Positions 21,929-31,418 of a DNA stretch of 64,000 nt are shown in pieces. Source of the stretch: a phage; the sequence record PZ452594.1, one strand, 5' to 3'. The stretch's first letter is position 1; every line of letters starts with the position of its first letter. The position numbers and the translations under genes were made by a program. Below the pieces are notes generated by a model, which saw only the letters and a list, made by a program, of their open reading frames with translations, was not told where the DNA came from and did not search any database.

Positions 21929-22893
21929 TGTATTCTTTAGAGGAATTTAATAATCAAGCAATAAACGCAGATTTCCAACGTAATAATATGTTTAGCTGCG
22001 TTTTTGCAACAACTCCATCAACTAAAAGCTCTTCGTTGATAAGTTCAATTAGCAACTTTTCTTATAATAACTTGGGCCTAAATTCAGATTGGTTAGGATT
22101 AACTCAAGGCGATATTAATCAGGGAATTACCACGCTAATTACAGCTGGCACACAAAAACTGATAAGAAAATCAGGGGTTAGTAAATATCTTATTGGTGCC
22201 ATGAGTCAACGTACAGTTCAAAGTTTATTGGGCTCATTTACAGTTGGTACATATTTAATTGACTTCTTTAACATGGCATATAACTCATCTGGATTGATGA
22301 TATACTCTGTAAAAATGCCAGAGAATAGATTATCCTATGAAACTGACTGGAACTATAATTCTCCTAATATTCGTATAACTGGGAGAGAATTAGACCCTTT
22401 GGTTATTTCATTTAGAATGGATTCAGAAGCTTGTAACTATCGTGCAATGCAAGACTGGGTTAACTCTGTTCAAGACCCAGTAACTGGATTACGTGCTTTG
22501 CCACAAGATGTCGAGGCAGATATTCAGGTTAATCTTCATTCTCGCAATGGATTGCCTCATACTGCTGTGATGTTCACTGGATGCATTCCAGTGTCAGTGA
22601 GCGCTCCTGAGTTATCATATGATGGAGATAACCAAATAACTACATTTGATGTTACTTTTGCGTATAGAGTCATGCAGGCTGGAGCAGTTGATAGACAAGC
22701 TGCGCTTGAATGGCTTGAATCTGCTGCTATAAATGGTATTCAAAGCGTTCTCGGAAATAGTGGAGGTGTTACTGGACTATCTAATTCGCTTTCACGACTC
22801 AGTAGATTAGGTGGAACTGCAGGAAGCATTTCAAACATTAATACTATGACAGGAATTGTTAATTCGCAGAGTAAAATATTAGGAGCAATATAA
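21928..22893 (+). CDS. 54: Baseplate tail-tube initiator gp54 (321 aa)
   Basis: 321-aa ORF, start overlaps gene 48 stop; followed by a bidirectional hairpin. Confidence 0.9.
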   Translation: MYSLEEFNNQAINADFQRNNMFSCVFATTPSTKSSSLISSISNFSYNNLGLNSDWLGLTQGDINQGITTLITAGTQKLIRKSGVSKYLIGAMSQRTVQSLLGSFTVGTYLIDFFNMAYNSSGLMIYSVKMPENRLSYETDWNYNSPNIRITGRELDPLVISFRMDSEACNYRAMQDWVNSVQDPVTGLRALPQDVEADIQVNLHSRNGLPHTAVMFTGCIPVSVSAPELSYDGDNQITTFDVTFAYRVMQAGAVDRQAALEWLESAAINGIQSVLGNSGGVTGLSNSLSRLSRLGGTAGSISNINTMTGIVNSQSKILGAI

Positions 22894-22896
22894 CAA

Positions 22897-22916
22897 TGGG
22901 GACCTTTCGGTCCCCA
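22897..22916. terminator. Bidirectional hairpin between convergent gene 54 and the alt.-3-like ORF
   Basis: tggggacc tttc ggtcccca followed by tatttttattt. Confidence 0.65.
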
Positions 22917-22921
22917 TATTT

Positions 22922-23212
22922 TTATTTACGGAATGAAATGAAAGCAGAAACTGAAGCAACTAAACTGTCTTCAATATAAACTTCAATTTTTACCGGAGCT
23001 TCTGACTCAAATTTACCTGTTACTACACCCTGGAAAATGCTTTCAGTCTGTTCTGGCTTTGAAAAATTTTCAGAAGGAAAAATTCCGAACTTTTTATCTG
23101 TTCCAAAAATTTTAATAAATTCATCGTAAACCGCTTCGTTAAAAGCATTATCAACAGGAATAACGCCTTCAACTACAAGTTCTTGACCTAAAAAGCGCAA
23201 AGAAGATTTCAT
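22922..23212 (-). CDS. Hypothetical protein (96 aa; positional equivalent of T4 alt.-3)
   Basis: ORF with GAGGAA RBS and its own GTTTAC/TATAGT early promoter. Confidence 0.6.
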   Translation of the reverse strand: MKSSLRFLGQELVVEGVIPVDNAFNEAVYDEFIKIFGTDKKFGIFPSENFSKPEQTESIFQGVVTGKFESEAPVKIEVYIEDSLVASVSAFISFRK

Positions 23213-23243
23213 TTTGTGTTCCTCATGTTATGTCAGTAAGATT

Positions 23244-23273
23244 ACTATAACACAACATAAGGAACTTGTAAAC
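23244..23273 (-). promoter_or_regulatory. T4-type early promoter for the alt.-3-like ORF
   Basis: Minus strand GTTTAC (23273-23268), 18-nt spacer, TATAGT (23249-23244); leader with GAGGAA RBS. Confidence 0.6.
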
Positions 23274-25330
23274 TACATTTTGAACTTTTTAGACATTCCG
23301 TTGATGTTAACCAAAGAAGCCAAGATTTGAGAAACTTCGTTTTCCTCTTCTTTTGATTCTTCTACAAGGAATTGATTAAATCCAGCCATTGGACGAACTT
23401 CACCGGTTTCCATTAAATGGTCTCCATCATATACTGATTCTTCTAATTGTTCAGAAGGAGGAACGATTGTACCTTCGATTAGATACTTGTTATAAGCAGT
23501 TTCTTTCATAAAGTACGTACTTACTTTATTAATCTTCAGTAAAATTCCACGCGGTAGAATAACTTCAGCTTCTGATGGAAATCCTGATAAATGACCTGGA
23601 ACGATAACTTTGATTCGCTCAGCTCCTTTAATTACCATACCCACGCTAGTTTCAGCATCTTCATTAGCATATGTAGAATGACTACCCATATGCATCAAAT
23701 CTTCTGCGTCAACTGAACCTTCTCCTTCACCAGAAAATACTGCGCCGGAATCATCTAGAGCCATATAGTTTTTACCATGCTCACCGAAGATATTTGGTTT
23801 AAGAGATGTGGATACGAAGTTCTTGAAATAGAACATTTTGTTTTCAATGTTATGACGCAAAGTTTTAAAGGTAACTTCTTGTCCGCGATAAAGCGTAGTT
23901 CCTGGAGGAAGAACTGAACCTTTAGCGAATGCAGAATCCAACGTCTCGATGTGCTTAATAGCTCGTTCCATATATTCTTCACGGGTAGAATCTGGTTTAC
24001 CCAAAAGGAACGAGTTCATTTCAACATATGAATCTGCACAATAATCTTCAATTACATCAGATTCAGCTTGGGTTAATCCTTTTGGAGTTACTTCAGTGCT
24101 TGCGTATTCATATGCCTGGGCAGCAGATTCATTAATCAATTTATAAATGCCATTCATTACAAATTGAATAATAGCTGTCTTTTCATCTGGCGTAGCTTTA
24201 GAACCTTTAACTAAATCATTGATAATTTTCTTAATAACATCAAAGCTATTAGAAATATTAATGTCAGCAAGATCGCTTAAAATTTTATCAGTTTTATAAT
24301 CAAAGAATTCTTTATTCTTTAAATATTCTTGAGAACCTTGATATGTTATATCGCTCTGCAACTTGATGGATGGATCACGTAAACGCGCATGGGCTAATGC
24401 AATATGATTTCGGAAGTTTTCTAGTTCATAATCGCTAGATTTAAAACGAGAAGCACTCCTCATACCACCGATAGCTCCTTTGCTGAAGTTTGAACCAATC
24501 TGAATAACGCCAGAGTTCATCGGACCTTCTGCTTTATATACCGGAACTTTAGATTCAAACTCTTGATATTTCTTAGCAGCGAAGCTATCACCCTGAAGTG
24601 AAGCATCAACAGTAGAATATTGAGCTTGTGCTGCTAATCGACGACTAATTTTAGTTTTCTGAATAACAGCTTGGTCCGTGCGCTTATCATTTTCTAAAGC
24701 AATAGAAGCAGCAACAGCGACAGCTTTAGGAACAGCATTACCTGTTTTAACGTCTACATAAACATCACCAACCTTTGATTCAACTTTTGTGAATAACTCA
24801 GTTGAAATAGGAGGTACACCTGGAATGTCTTCTAAATTGGCATTTTTACGGTAAACCATAATATATGCATACTTTTTATCATAGTCCCAGATTTCCTTTA
24901 AAAGAACATATCGACCTGCTCCTTTAGTACGTACTAAACGGTCAGCAATAACTTGCATTTGACGAGCAGCGCCATTTGTTTTACTTTTTAGTACGCGGAA
25001 TAAGCATGCGTCAATTTTATACTGCTTCATTGTTTGAAGAGCAGTATCAAAAACAGCGTTAATGACGCCAATTGGATTTCCACCCAAGTTTTTAAGCTTA
25101 ACCAGCGATAATTTCTCGTTGACACCTATCATTACGATATGCATCATTTTATCGCCTGGCTTAACGTTTTTATTCGTATCACCACCAGAGGTGTATGTAC
25201 AAAATCTAAATCCAGGAAGCACGCTTTCTTCGCCGGCTTGAATAGCAAAAATTTGTGGTATTTTATGCTTAGGATTTAAGTTAACAACCGGCGCCGAAGC
25301 GCCGTCAAATAATTCTGTAATAAGTTCCAT
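23273..25330 (-). CDS. Alt-like mono-ADP-ribosyltransferase paralog (685 aa)
   Basis: N-terminal ~230 aa closely similar to Alt (MELITELFD..., FCTYTSGGDTN, YKIDAC, WDYDKKYAYI); C-terminal half has R (TLYRGQ), STS (FVSTSL) and ExE (SEAEVILPRG) ART motifs. Confidence 0.85.
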   Translation of the reverse strand: MELITELFDGASAPVVNLNPKHKIPQIFAIQAGEESVLPGFRFCTYTSGGDTNKNVKPGDKMMHIVMIGVNEKLSLVKLKNLGGNPIGVINAVFDTALQTMKQYKIDACLFRVLKSKTNGAARQMQVIADRLVRTKGAGRYVLLKEIWDYDKKYAYIMVYRKNANLEDIPGVPPISTELFTKVESKVGDVYVDVKTGNAVPKAVAVAASIALENDKRTDQAVIQKTKISRRLAAQAQYSTVDASLQGDSFAAKKYQEFESKVPVYKAEGPMNSGVIQIGSNFSKGAIGGMRSASRFKSSDYELENFRNHIALAHARLRDPSIKLQSDITYQGSQEYLKNKEFFDYKTDKILSDLADINISNSFDVIKKIINDLVKGSKATPDEKTAIIQFVMNGIYKLINESAAQAYEYASTEVTPKGLTQAESDVIEDYCADSYVEMNSFLLGKPDSTREEYMERAIKHIETLDSAFAKGSVLPPGTTLYRGQEVTFKTLRHNIENKMFYFKNFVSTSLKPNIFGEHGKNYMALDDSGAVFSGEGEGSVDAEDLMHMGSHSTYANEDAETSVGMVIKGAERIKVIVPGHLSGFPSEAEVILPRGILLKINKVSTYFMKETAYNKYLIEGTIVPPSEQLEESVYDGDHLMETGEVRPMAGFNQFLVEESKEEENEVSQILASLVNINGMSKKFKM

Positions 25331-25333
25331 GAT

Positions 25334-27430
25334 TTATCCTTGAACGAACTTGTAAGGCATGTTTGTAATATCTATGCAAGACGCAATAATTCCAAGAGAT
25401 GATTCGACTTTCTGTTTAACATTTGATGAAACAAATGATGCAAAATCAACTCTGTCTTCTATTTCAATATCACCTGTCATTGCAACTACTTCGCCGGTTT
25501 CCATTAGACGGTCACCGTCATAAATTACTGATTCGGTGAGTTCTTCCGTAGTCATAACTTCAGCTTGAATGAGTTTTGTATTATTAGATGTTGTTCCGTC
25601 ATTATTAGAAGCATCAGTTATTTTATTAACTTTGACCATCAATCCACGCGGTAGAATAACTTCAGCTTCAGTTGCTATTCCGAGATTTCCTGGATATACA
25701 ACATTAACTTTATGTGCGCCGTCAATAGCCCATCCTATTTGAACTTTAACGTATTCAGGATTTTCTTTATACGCTCTTATTTCGTTTGGATTAATAGTTA
25801 TTCCTTCTTCATTTTTATCAACTGTTAATTCGTTACGAGCTTCTGGTTCTAAAAGACCAATACCAGCATGTGTAATTCCAAAACGCCCAAAAATGATAGG
25901 AGTTAAAGAAGTAGATACAAAATTTCTGAAATAGAACACTTTATTTTTAACTAACGCTTCATATATAGGAGCAGTCATACTTTGAGCACGATAAACTGTA
26001 ATGCCTTCTGGTATACGGTCACCATTTTCAAAAGCTGAATCTAAGTTATTTATAGCAGATTCAATTTCTTTTTCACTCATTACATCATATCGTTCTGGAT
26101 TGTAACGACCTAAAAGAAGATTATTAATGTCTGTATATCCTGAACCACAATACTCTCTAATGCCGCGCTTTTGTGATGGAGTATATTTAGAACCATCACG
26201 GGCAATAGTAATATCAATCATTGGACCTGCACCAATTCCAGAAAAACTATAAATCATTCTTTTGAGGAATTTAGTTTTTGCTGCGTTCCAGGAATTTTTA
26301 GTCATTTCTTCCCAGACTTCATCTGGTTGCCCTTTACGAGTTTTATTATGTTTATCAAGCCAATTATCTTTATATTCTTCAAAGAATTTATTAACAGCTG
26401 CTGCGTATTTCTCTAAACATTTTATTGAAGTAGTTGGTTCATTTTTGATTGCGTTAAAAATTACATCTTTAATTTTTTCTGAAACTTCACCGACTTGACT
26501 CATTGGAAAGAATTTATAATCATAGTGAAGTTCATCTGCCGTTCCTTCAGCAATAATTTTTGCTGCCTTTGTTTTAGAAGCTAATGAATTAATTCCAATT
26601 TTCATTTCTTCTGCTTCGGGAATTAAAGGTGCAGTAGCTGGTTTATTAAAATTAGCTGCTGTAGATTCATACTTCTGGAATAATTCACTTTCAAATCTAG
26701 AAGATTCCAATGACTGACTTTGTGCAATTGCTCTACGGGAAATTTTAACTTTAACGATTACAGCTTGGTCAGAACGTTTATCATTTTCTTGTGCAATTGA
26801 TGCTGCAATTGCCTCATTTTTAGTTACTTGGGCTCCAGTATCTTTATTGATATAAACATCACCGACTTTCGATTCAACTTTAGTAAAGAGCTCGGTACTA
26901 ATTTCCGGAACTCCTGGAATGTCTTCTAGTGATACATTTTTGCGATGTATAAGAATATATGCATACTTTTTATCGTAATCCCAGAGTTCCTTAAGAAGGA
27001 CGTATCTACCACCTGAACGACTACGGATAAGTCTATCAGCAATAACTTGAATTTGTCGAGCTTGGCCAGCAGTTTTAGACTTAAGAATACGAAGCATGCA
27101 GGCATCAATTTTATATTGACGCATTGTTTGCATTGCAACAGTAAAAACTGAATTGATATAATTAATCGGGCTTGGACCCAGACCTTTTAATTTAGCAATT
27201 GAACCTTTAGCAGTTAATGTAAAAGGAACAATATGCATCATTTTATCTCCCATCTTTAAATCGCGATTAGTATCACCTCCAGATGTATAGGTACATAAAC
27301 GAAAGCCTGGTTGTTCAATTGCATCATCAACATGAACTGAAAAAATTTGTGGTATTTTCTTCTTTGGATTTAAGTTTGTAATCGGAAGAGTAGTATCTTC
27401 GTCAAATAATTCTGTAATGAGTTCCATCAT
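25334..27430 (-). CDS. alt: Alt, packaged mono-ADP-ribosyltransferase (698 aa from first ATG)
   Basis: N-terminus (M)MELITELFDEDTTLPITNL; ART motifs YRAQ, FVSTSL, TEAEVILPRG; late promoter motif upstream on minus strand. Confidence 0.9.
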   Translation of the reverse strand: MMELITELFDEDTTLPITNLNPKKKIPQIFSVHVDDAIEQPGFRLCTYTSGGDTNRDLKMGDKMMHIVPFTLTAKGSIAKLKGLGPSPINYINSVFTVAMQTMRQYKIDACMLRILKSKTAGQARQIQVIADRLIRSRSGGRYVLLKELWDYDKKYAYILIHRKNVSLEDIPGVPEISTELFTKVESKVGDVYINKDTGAQVTKNEAIAASIAQENDKRSDQAVIVKVKISRRAIAQSQSLESSRFESELFQKYESTAANFNKPATAPLIPEAEEMKIGINSLASKTKAAKIIAEGTADELHYDYKFFPMSQVGEVSEKIKDVIFNAIKNEPTTSIKCLEKYAAAVNKFFEEYKDNWLDKHNKTRKGQPDEVWEEMTKNSWNAAKTKFLKRMIYSFSGIGAGPMIDITIARDGSKYTPSQKRGIREYCGSGYTDINNLLLGRYNPERYDVMSEKEIESAINNLDSAFENGDRIPEGITVYRAQSMTAPIYEALVKNKVFYFRNFVSTSLTPIIFGRFGITHAGIGLLEPEARNELTVDKNEEGITINPNEIRAYKENPEYVKVQIGWAIDGAHKVNVVYPGNLGIATEAEVILPRGLMVKVNKITDASNNDGTTSNNTKLIQAEVMTTEELTESVIYDGDRLMETGEVVAMTGDIEIEDRVDFASFVSSNVKQKVESSLGIIASCIDITNMPYKFVQG

Positions 27431-27450
27431 ATCCTCTCTAGTGTTTATTC

Positions 27451-27458
27451 TATTTATA
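27451..27458 (-). promoter_or_regulatory. Late promoter motif (minus strand) upstream of alt
   Basis: Plus TATTTATA = minus TATAAATA, 21 nt upstream of alt ATG. Confidence 0.6.
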
Positions 27459-27463
27459 AAATT

Positions 27464-27481
27464 AAAGGCCCGAAGGCCTTT
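27464..27481 (-). terminator. UUCG-tetraloop hairpin between 62-aa ORF and alt
   Basis: aaaggcc cgaa ggccttt (UUCG on minus-strand RNA). Confidence 0.5.
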
Positions 27482-27668
27482 AATAATCTATTGGTAAGAG
27501 AGTACGATATATTTCAAACTTTGGACCTTTTTCATAAGCATCAAAAGTTTCTGTGAATTTATTATAAGCATATGCATCTATAAATTCAATCATGATTTGT
27601 GATACAGAAGTAGAAACATCTCCACCTTCTTTTTGAGCCACGACAATTGTTTCTAAGTAAGCTTTCAT
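27480..27668 (-). CDS. Hypothetical protein (62 aa)
   Basis: Small ORF between ligase gene and alt, start overlapping gene 30 stop. Confidence 0.5.
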   Translation of the reverse strand: MKAYLETIVVAQKEGGDVSTSVSQIMIEFIDAYAYNKFTETFDAYEKGPKFEIYRTLLPIDY

Positions 27669-29128
27669 AAACCAGTTACCTCATGAAAATCGCCAAATAC
27701 ATCTTCGAACGTATTAGCTTTAGTTTTATCTTCACGTAAACGAATCGCAATTGGAAGAAATAATTTAACGTAATCGGTGCGGCCATCAGATTTTAACCAA
27801 CCGTTGCATTCGCACTCTAGAATTTTTCCAATATAATAATTTTGGTTTTCCATAATGCGAGTACGGTCAAGTTCATGTGATTTTACACCAGCTTTATCTT
27901 TTAAGCCTGAACCAGCATTTACTTTAATTTTTCCACACTCTGACTCAAGAATAAATCCACCCGCTTTAGTAGGGTCTTTACGGTGAGGATAAATTCCTAC
28001 AATTTTTAAATCAACATCAATTACTTCTTTAAATTTATAGAGATTTTTTGAACGGGCATTTTCCCATAATCCATCGATATTTTTGAGAATAATACCTTCA
28101 AGACCTTGGTCAATATACTTTTTGTAAATTACCTTAGCTTCATCTAGGTTATTTACTACCTGGTTTTCAATTAAAATTACTTTATCATATCCTGATGTCA
28201 TTTGTTCTAATTTAGAAAAACGTACATCGTACTTTAAACGAAATGCTGGAAGACCGTATATTTCTACCAACGGTACATAATCCCAGACCTGAAACTTCAT
28301 GCATTGAGCTTCTTTTTCTGAAATAGTTCCCTTTAAAGATTTATTAGCGATTCCATTAGAAGCAGTACGTGATTCAGCTACTTCGGCGAATTCTTTAGCT
28401 TTACTAATTTCAGGATAAGCATCAAAAAGAAAATCTAGGCCTTCTGGCTCCTTTTTAACTTGCTCATGGTATACCAATTCGCCATCAATTAACACACCTT
28501 CTGGATGAATCTGGCGGGCTTCAGCGGTCATTTTAATTAACTCTTCCTTAAGAAGATCTAATCCTAGATATTCATTACCAGCTCGTGATAAAAGACGAAC
28601 ATCATCTAATTCATCACCTCTGACTTCAGCAAAGCACCGAGCTCCATCAGCTTTTAACTGGGCAAAAGCTGGAAATTTGATATTCTTATTAATGCCTTTT
28701 TCATCATAAGAACTTGCAAGCATTTGAGGTTGTTCAGGAATTAAACCTGGCCAAACTTTATTTGCAATAGATACTGATGCACCGCATTCAAGGTCTCGCA
28801 TCATCACCCGACGCAAAACTTCAACATCATCTTTTTTACCATCGGTGATATATCCAATTAATTCCTCAATTGCCGCATTTCCAGTCAATTTCCGAGTAGC
28901 TAACGTGAATTCAATGAAGTCGAGCATATCGGTAAGAGTCAACATTCCAAAACTCTGGGTAGCAATACCCGGTTTAGGCCATTTCTTGATATAATACTGT
29001 AACCCACGAGAATAAGTCAGACGATATACTCGTTTAAGCAATTCATTATCTTTATTCTTTTCAAGAATTGCTTGCTTCTGCTTAGTTGAACCAATAGATG
29101 CTATTTCGTTCAGAATTTTAAGAATCAT
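27665..29128 (-). CDS. 30: ATP-dependent DNA ligase gp30 (487 aa)
   Basis: 487 aa; adenylation motif KADGARC; N-terminus MILKILNEIASIGSTKQKQ as T4 ligase. Confidence 0.97.
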   Translation of the reverse strand: MILKILNEIASIGSTKQKQAILEKNKDNELLKRVYRLTYSRGLQYYIKKWPKPGIATQSFGMLTLTDMLDFIEFTLATRKLTGNAAIEELIGYITDGKKDDVEVLRRVMMRDLECGASVSIANKVWPGLIPEQPQMLASSYDEKGINKNIKFPAFAQLKADGARCFAEVRGDELDDVRLLSRAGNEYLGLDLLKEELIKMTAEARQIHPEGVLIDGELVYHEQVKKEPEGLDFLFDAYPEISKAKEFAEVAESRTASNGIANKSLKGTISEKEAQCMKFQVWDYVPLVEIYGLPAFRLKYDVRFSKLEQMTSGYDKVILIENQVVNNLDEAKVIYKKYIDQGLEGIILKNIDGLWENARSKNLYKFKEVIDVDLKIVGIYPHRKDPTKAGGFILESECGKIKVNAGSGLKDKAGVKSHELDRTRIMENQNYYIGKILECECNGWLKSDGRTDYVKLFLPIAIRLREDKTKANTFEDVFGDFHEVTGL

Positions 29129-29394
29129 TGTTCATCCTTTAGAGTTTGGTTTACAGCTCTATTATAAATCAATTCATCATTAAGCTCAGTCAAAGACCTG
29201 TGGTACGTGGTTCTAACTTTATTTCCTTGCATCCAGTGCTTGACGTAAATGAAACCTTGCTCTACACATTTTTTAAAAATTCGTTCGTCTTTTTGAGCTC
29301 GGAATTCTGGATTGCATCTAAAAAATTGATTTACGTGACCGTAATCACGTGTAGTATTACCTTCATTTTCATAAATAGTGTGAACAACAAACAT
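29125..29394 (-). CDS. Hypothetical protein (89 aa; 30.x cluster)
   Basis: ORF with overlapping start/stop with neighbours. Confidence 0.6.
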   Translation of the reverse strand: MFVVHTIYENEGNTTRDYGHVNQFFRCNPEFRAQKDERIFKKCVEQGFIYVKHWMQGNKVRTTYHRSLTELNDELIYNRAVNQTLKDEQ

Positions 29395-30242
29395 TAGAAT
29401 GCTCCTTGGAAAATATTATCACCACTAGTAATTCTATTAAAATACCCTGTGTCACCAGGCTTAATATAACTCCATGTATGGAATGGATGTATCTGGTGTG
29501 AGTGTGTATAATATGGATGATATGGATTATAAGGATTAAATCCAGGAGTTCTCCAGGTAGTGTTCCAACGAAAAGAATCGTTTTTAATCATCTTCTCGAT
29601 TACATCTTTTATAGCTTTTTCACTATCAAAACTTTCTTTATTTTCCTTCGATGGAAAAAGCTTATTCTCGACATCATTCCATGTATAAACTCGCTGTGCA
29701 GTTTTTGGAATACTGTCACGCTCCCCTCGAGCCATCCAATAAACAGGAACATTTAATATTTCACTCGCGTGATCGCAGTGGTGAGCGAGATCGTCAATAT
29801 AACAAATTACGTTATATTTCTCTTTTGCCTTTTTGAACAACTCTTCTTTTGAAGAATCATGACTACACATCAGTACTTCTGAGAAGGCACCAGGAAAAAG
29901 AGCATTCAAATTAAATTGACGATTCAACAGAGCGTCAATAGAATCACCCAGTGCTGTAACAGCAACAAAATTATAATCTTCTTTTAATTTGTTAATTACA
30001 CACAGAGCATCTTTATATGGAGACAAGTAACGAATAAAATCCGAACGATTGTATTTTTCAATTAGCTTAACGCCAAGTTCTTCATCACAGTTAAAGAGTT
30101 TACCTGGAGAAATAAATTTTTCGTCCTGAATCATTTTTAAAATATGTTCTAATGGAAGATTATATTTTTGGGCAAAATAAGGAAGACCTGATTGCCAGCT
30201 TAAACATACACCATCAATATCAGTCAAAATAGTAGGCTTCAT
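29394..30242 (-). CDS. HAD-superfamily hydrolase, putative 5-prime(3-prime)-deoxyribonucleotidase (282 aa; 30.2-like)
   Basis: N-terminal HAD motif I DIDGV (MKPTILTDIDGVCLSW); downstream aspartate-rich motif CYIDDLAHH. Confidence 0.65.
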   Translation of the reverse strand: MKPTILTDIDGVCLSWQSGLPYFAQKYNLPLEHILKMIQDEKFISPGKLFNCDEELGVKLIEKYNRSDFIRYLSPYKDALCVINKLKEDYNFVAVTALGDSIDALLNRQFNLNALFPGAFSEVLMCSHDSSKEELFKKAKEKYNVICYIDDLAHHCDHASEILNVPVYWMARGERDSIPKTAQRVYTWNDVENKLFPSKENKESFDSEKAIKDVIEKMIKNDSFRWNTTWRTPGFNPYNPYHPYYTHSHQIHPFHTWSYIKPGDTGYFNRITSGDNIFQGAF

Positions 30243-30703
30243 AGAGAGTCTCTTAATAGGTTTAACACATCAATAAATTCAGCTTCGGTTAGTATTGTAT
30301 CATCTTTTGTTAGACCACTAGCCATGCTGTGCTTCAAAACTTTTCCTTTCGAGGCTTGTAATGCATCACGAAAGCCCTTGTTTTGGATCGCTGCTTCAAA
30401 ATATGCATTTGTGTATAATTCTTTCCACGCCGGGGAGTATCTTGAAAACGGAACTCCAAGCCAGAAGAGGGTCCCACGGTCCTGAGCTCTAGCATAAGAC
30501 CTTCCAGCTTGTTGGGCGGCAAGCCCGGATAACCCAAATATACGACGTTGTTGTTCAACATTTTTCACCTTGCATCCTTGGAGGAATCCTTCAAGACCTC
30601 CAAATTGAATACCATCCATAACGAAAGGCCATTGGGCGAAATTACTTAATGCACATGATGGCCACCTAAAATTGCTTCTAATCTCTAACTCAGACATTTT
30701 CAA
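30239..30703 (-). CDS. NADAR/YbiA-like (DUF1768) domain protein (154 aa; 30.3-like)
   Basis: Motif LSNFAQWPFVMDGIQFGGLEGFLQGCK parallels YbiA FSNFAAWPIKVDGKTWPTSEHYFQAQK (recalled from memory). Confidence 0.6.
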   Translation of the reverse strand: MKMSELEIRSNFRWPSCALSNFAQWPFVMDGIQFGGLEGFLQGCKVKNVEQQRRIFGLSGLAAQQAGRSYARAQDRGTLFWLGVPFSRYSPAWKELYTNAYFEAAIQNKGFRDALQASKGKVLKHSMASGLTKDDTILTEAEFIDVLNLLRDSL

Positions 30704-30896
30704 TGCTTATAATTTCAACATCAGCCCAATGACCATAGCAAGGAAGACGAAATTCAACTGGCCAGTTAGGGTCCTTTTCTAATATAATAGACTCAACTCG
30801 TGGTTCTTCATGTTCATCAGTATATGGATTTTTATCTGTTACTTTATATGTGACCTTAATGTACTGAATTCCAAAAATCTTATTAATTATATTCAT
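30690..30896 (-). CDS. Hypothetical protein (68 aa)
   Basis: Small ORF in 30.x cluster, overlapping neighbours. Confidence 0.5.
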   Translation of the reverse strand: MNIINKIFGIQYIKVTYKVTDKNPYTDEHEEPRVESIILEKDPNWPVEFRLPCYGHWADVEIISIENV

Positions 30897-31090
30897 ACTA
30901 ATTCCTTTAATCCGTAAATAGGAGATAATTCATCACCCATGCGAAGGTCTTCATTTCCATCTACCCAGGAAACAATATAAGCCTCTTTTATTTGAATACC
31001 ACTCCATTTAAATGGAGGTAGAACCTTAGAAATTAATCCAGGTATACCAACTCCCTTTAATTCAACAGTTTGACCTAAAAAGAATTTCAT
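30893..31090 (-). CDS. Hypothetical protein (65 aa)
   Basis: Small ORF in 30.x cluster. Confidence 0.5.
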   Translation of the reverse strand: MKFFLGQTVELKGVGIPGLISKVLPPFKWSGIQIKEAYIVSWVDGNEDLRMGDELSPIYGLKELV

Positions 31091-31377
31091 TAGAACCTCA
31101 TCTGAAAACCGTGCGATTTAACATTACCGCCACCAATATCAGAGATATTAATTTCGCGCGCAATTGAAGGGTCAATGTCAATTTCACGATTGAGTTTAGT
31201 GATAGCTAAAGTATCGCGCCTATTTACAGTACGAAACTCTAAAGGACAAACCACATCAACGTAGTTTTTAATCGATTCGCTAGTAGGTTGCAAATGTGCA
31301 GGAAGGTCTTTAGGCGCCTTTGAAAAAACTACTTCGCAGAAGTTTTTACGGGTATCAAAATAAGTAGTCATAAACAT
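31090..31377 (-). CDS. Hypothetical protein (95 aa from ATG 31377; track gives 107 aa from ATG 31413)
   Basis: Upstream ATG at 31413 is immediately followed by a GC hairpin; ATG at 31377 has GAGGAA RBS. Confidence 0.55.
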   Translation of the reverse strand: MFMTTYFDTRKNFCEVVFSKAPKDLPAHLQPTSESIKNYVDVVCPLEFRTVNRRDTLAITKLNREIDIDPSIAREINISDIGGGNVKSHGFQMRF

Positions 31378-31394
31378 AATATTTTCCTCAGTAA

Positions 31395-31408
31395 GGGGCC
31401 GAAGCCCC
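31395..31408 (-). terminator. UUCG-tetraloop hairpin between two 30.x ORFs
   Basis: ggggc cgaa gcccc (UUCG on minus strand). Confidence 0.45.
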
Positions 31409-31418
31409 CTCATTTATT

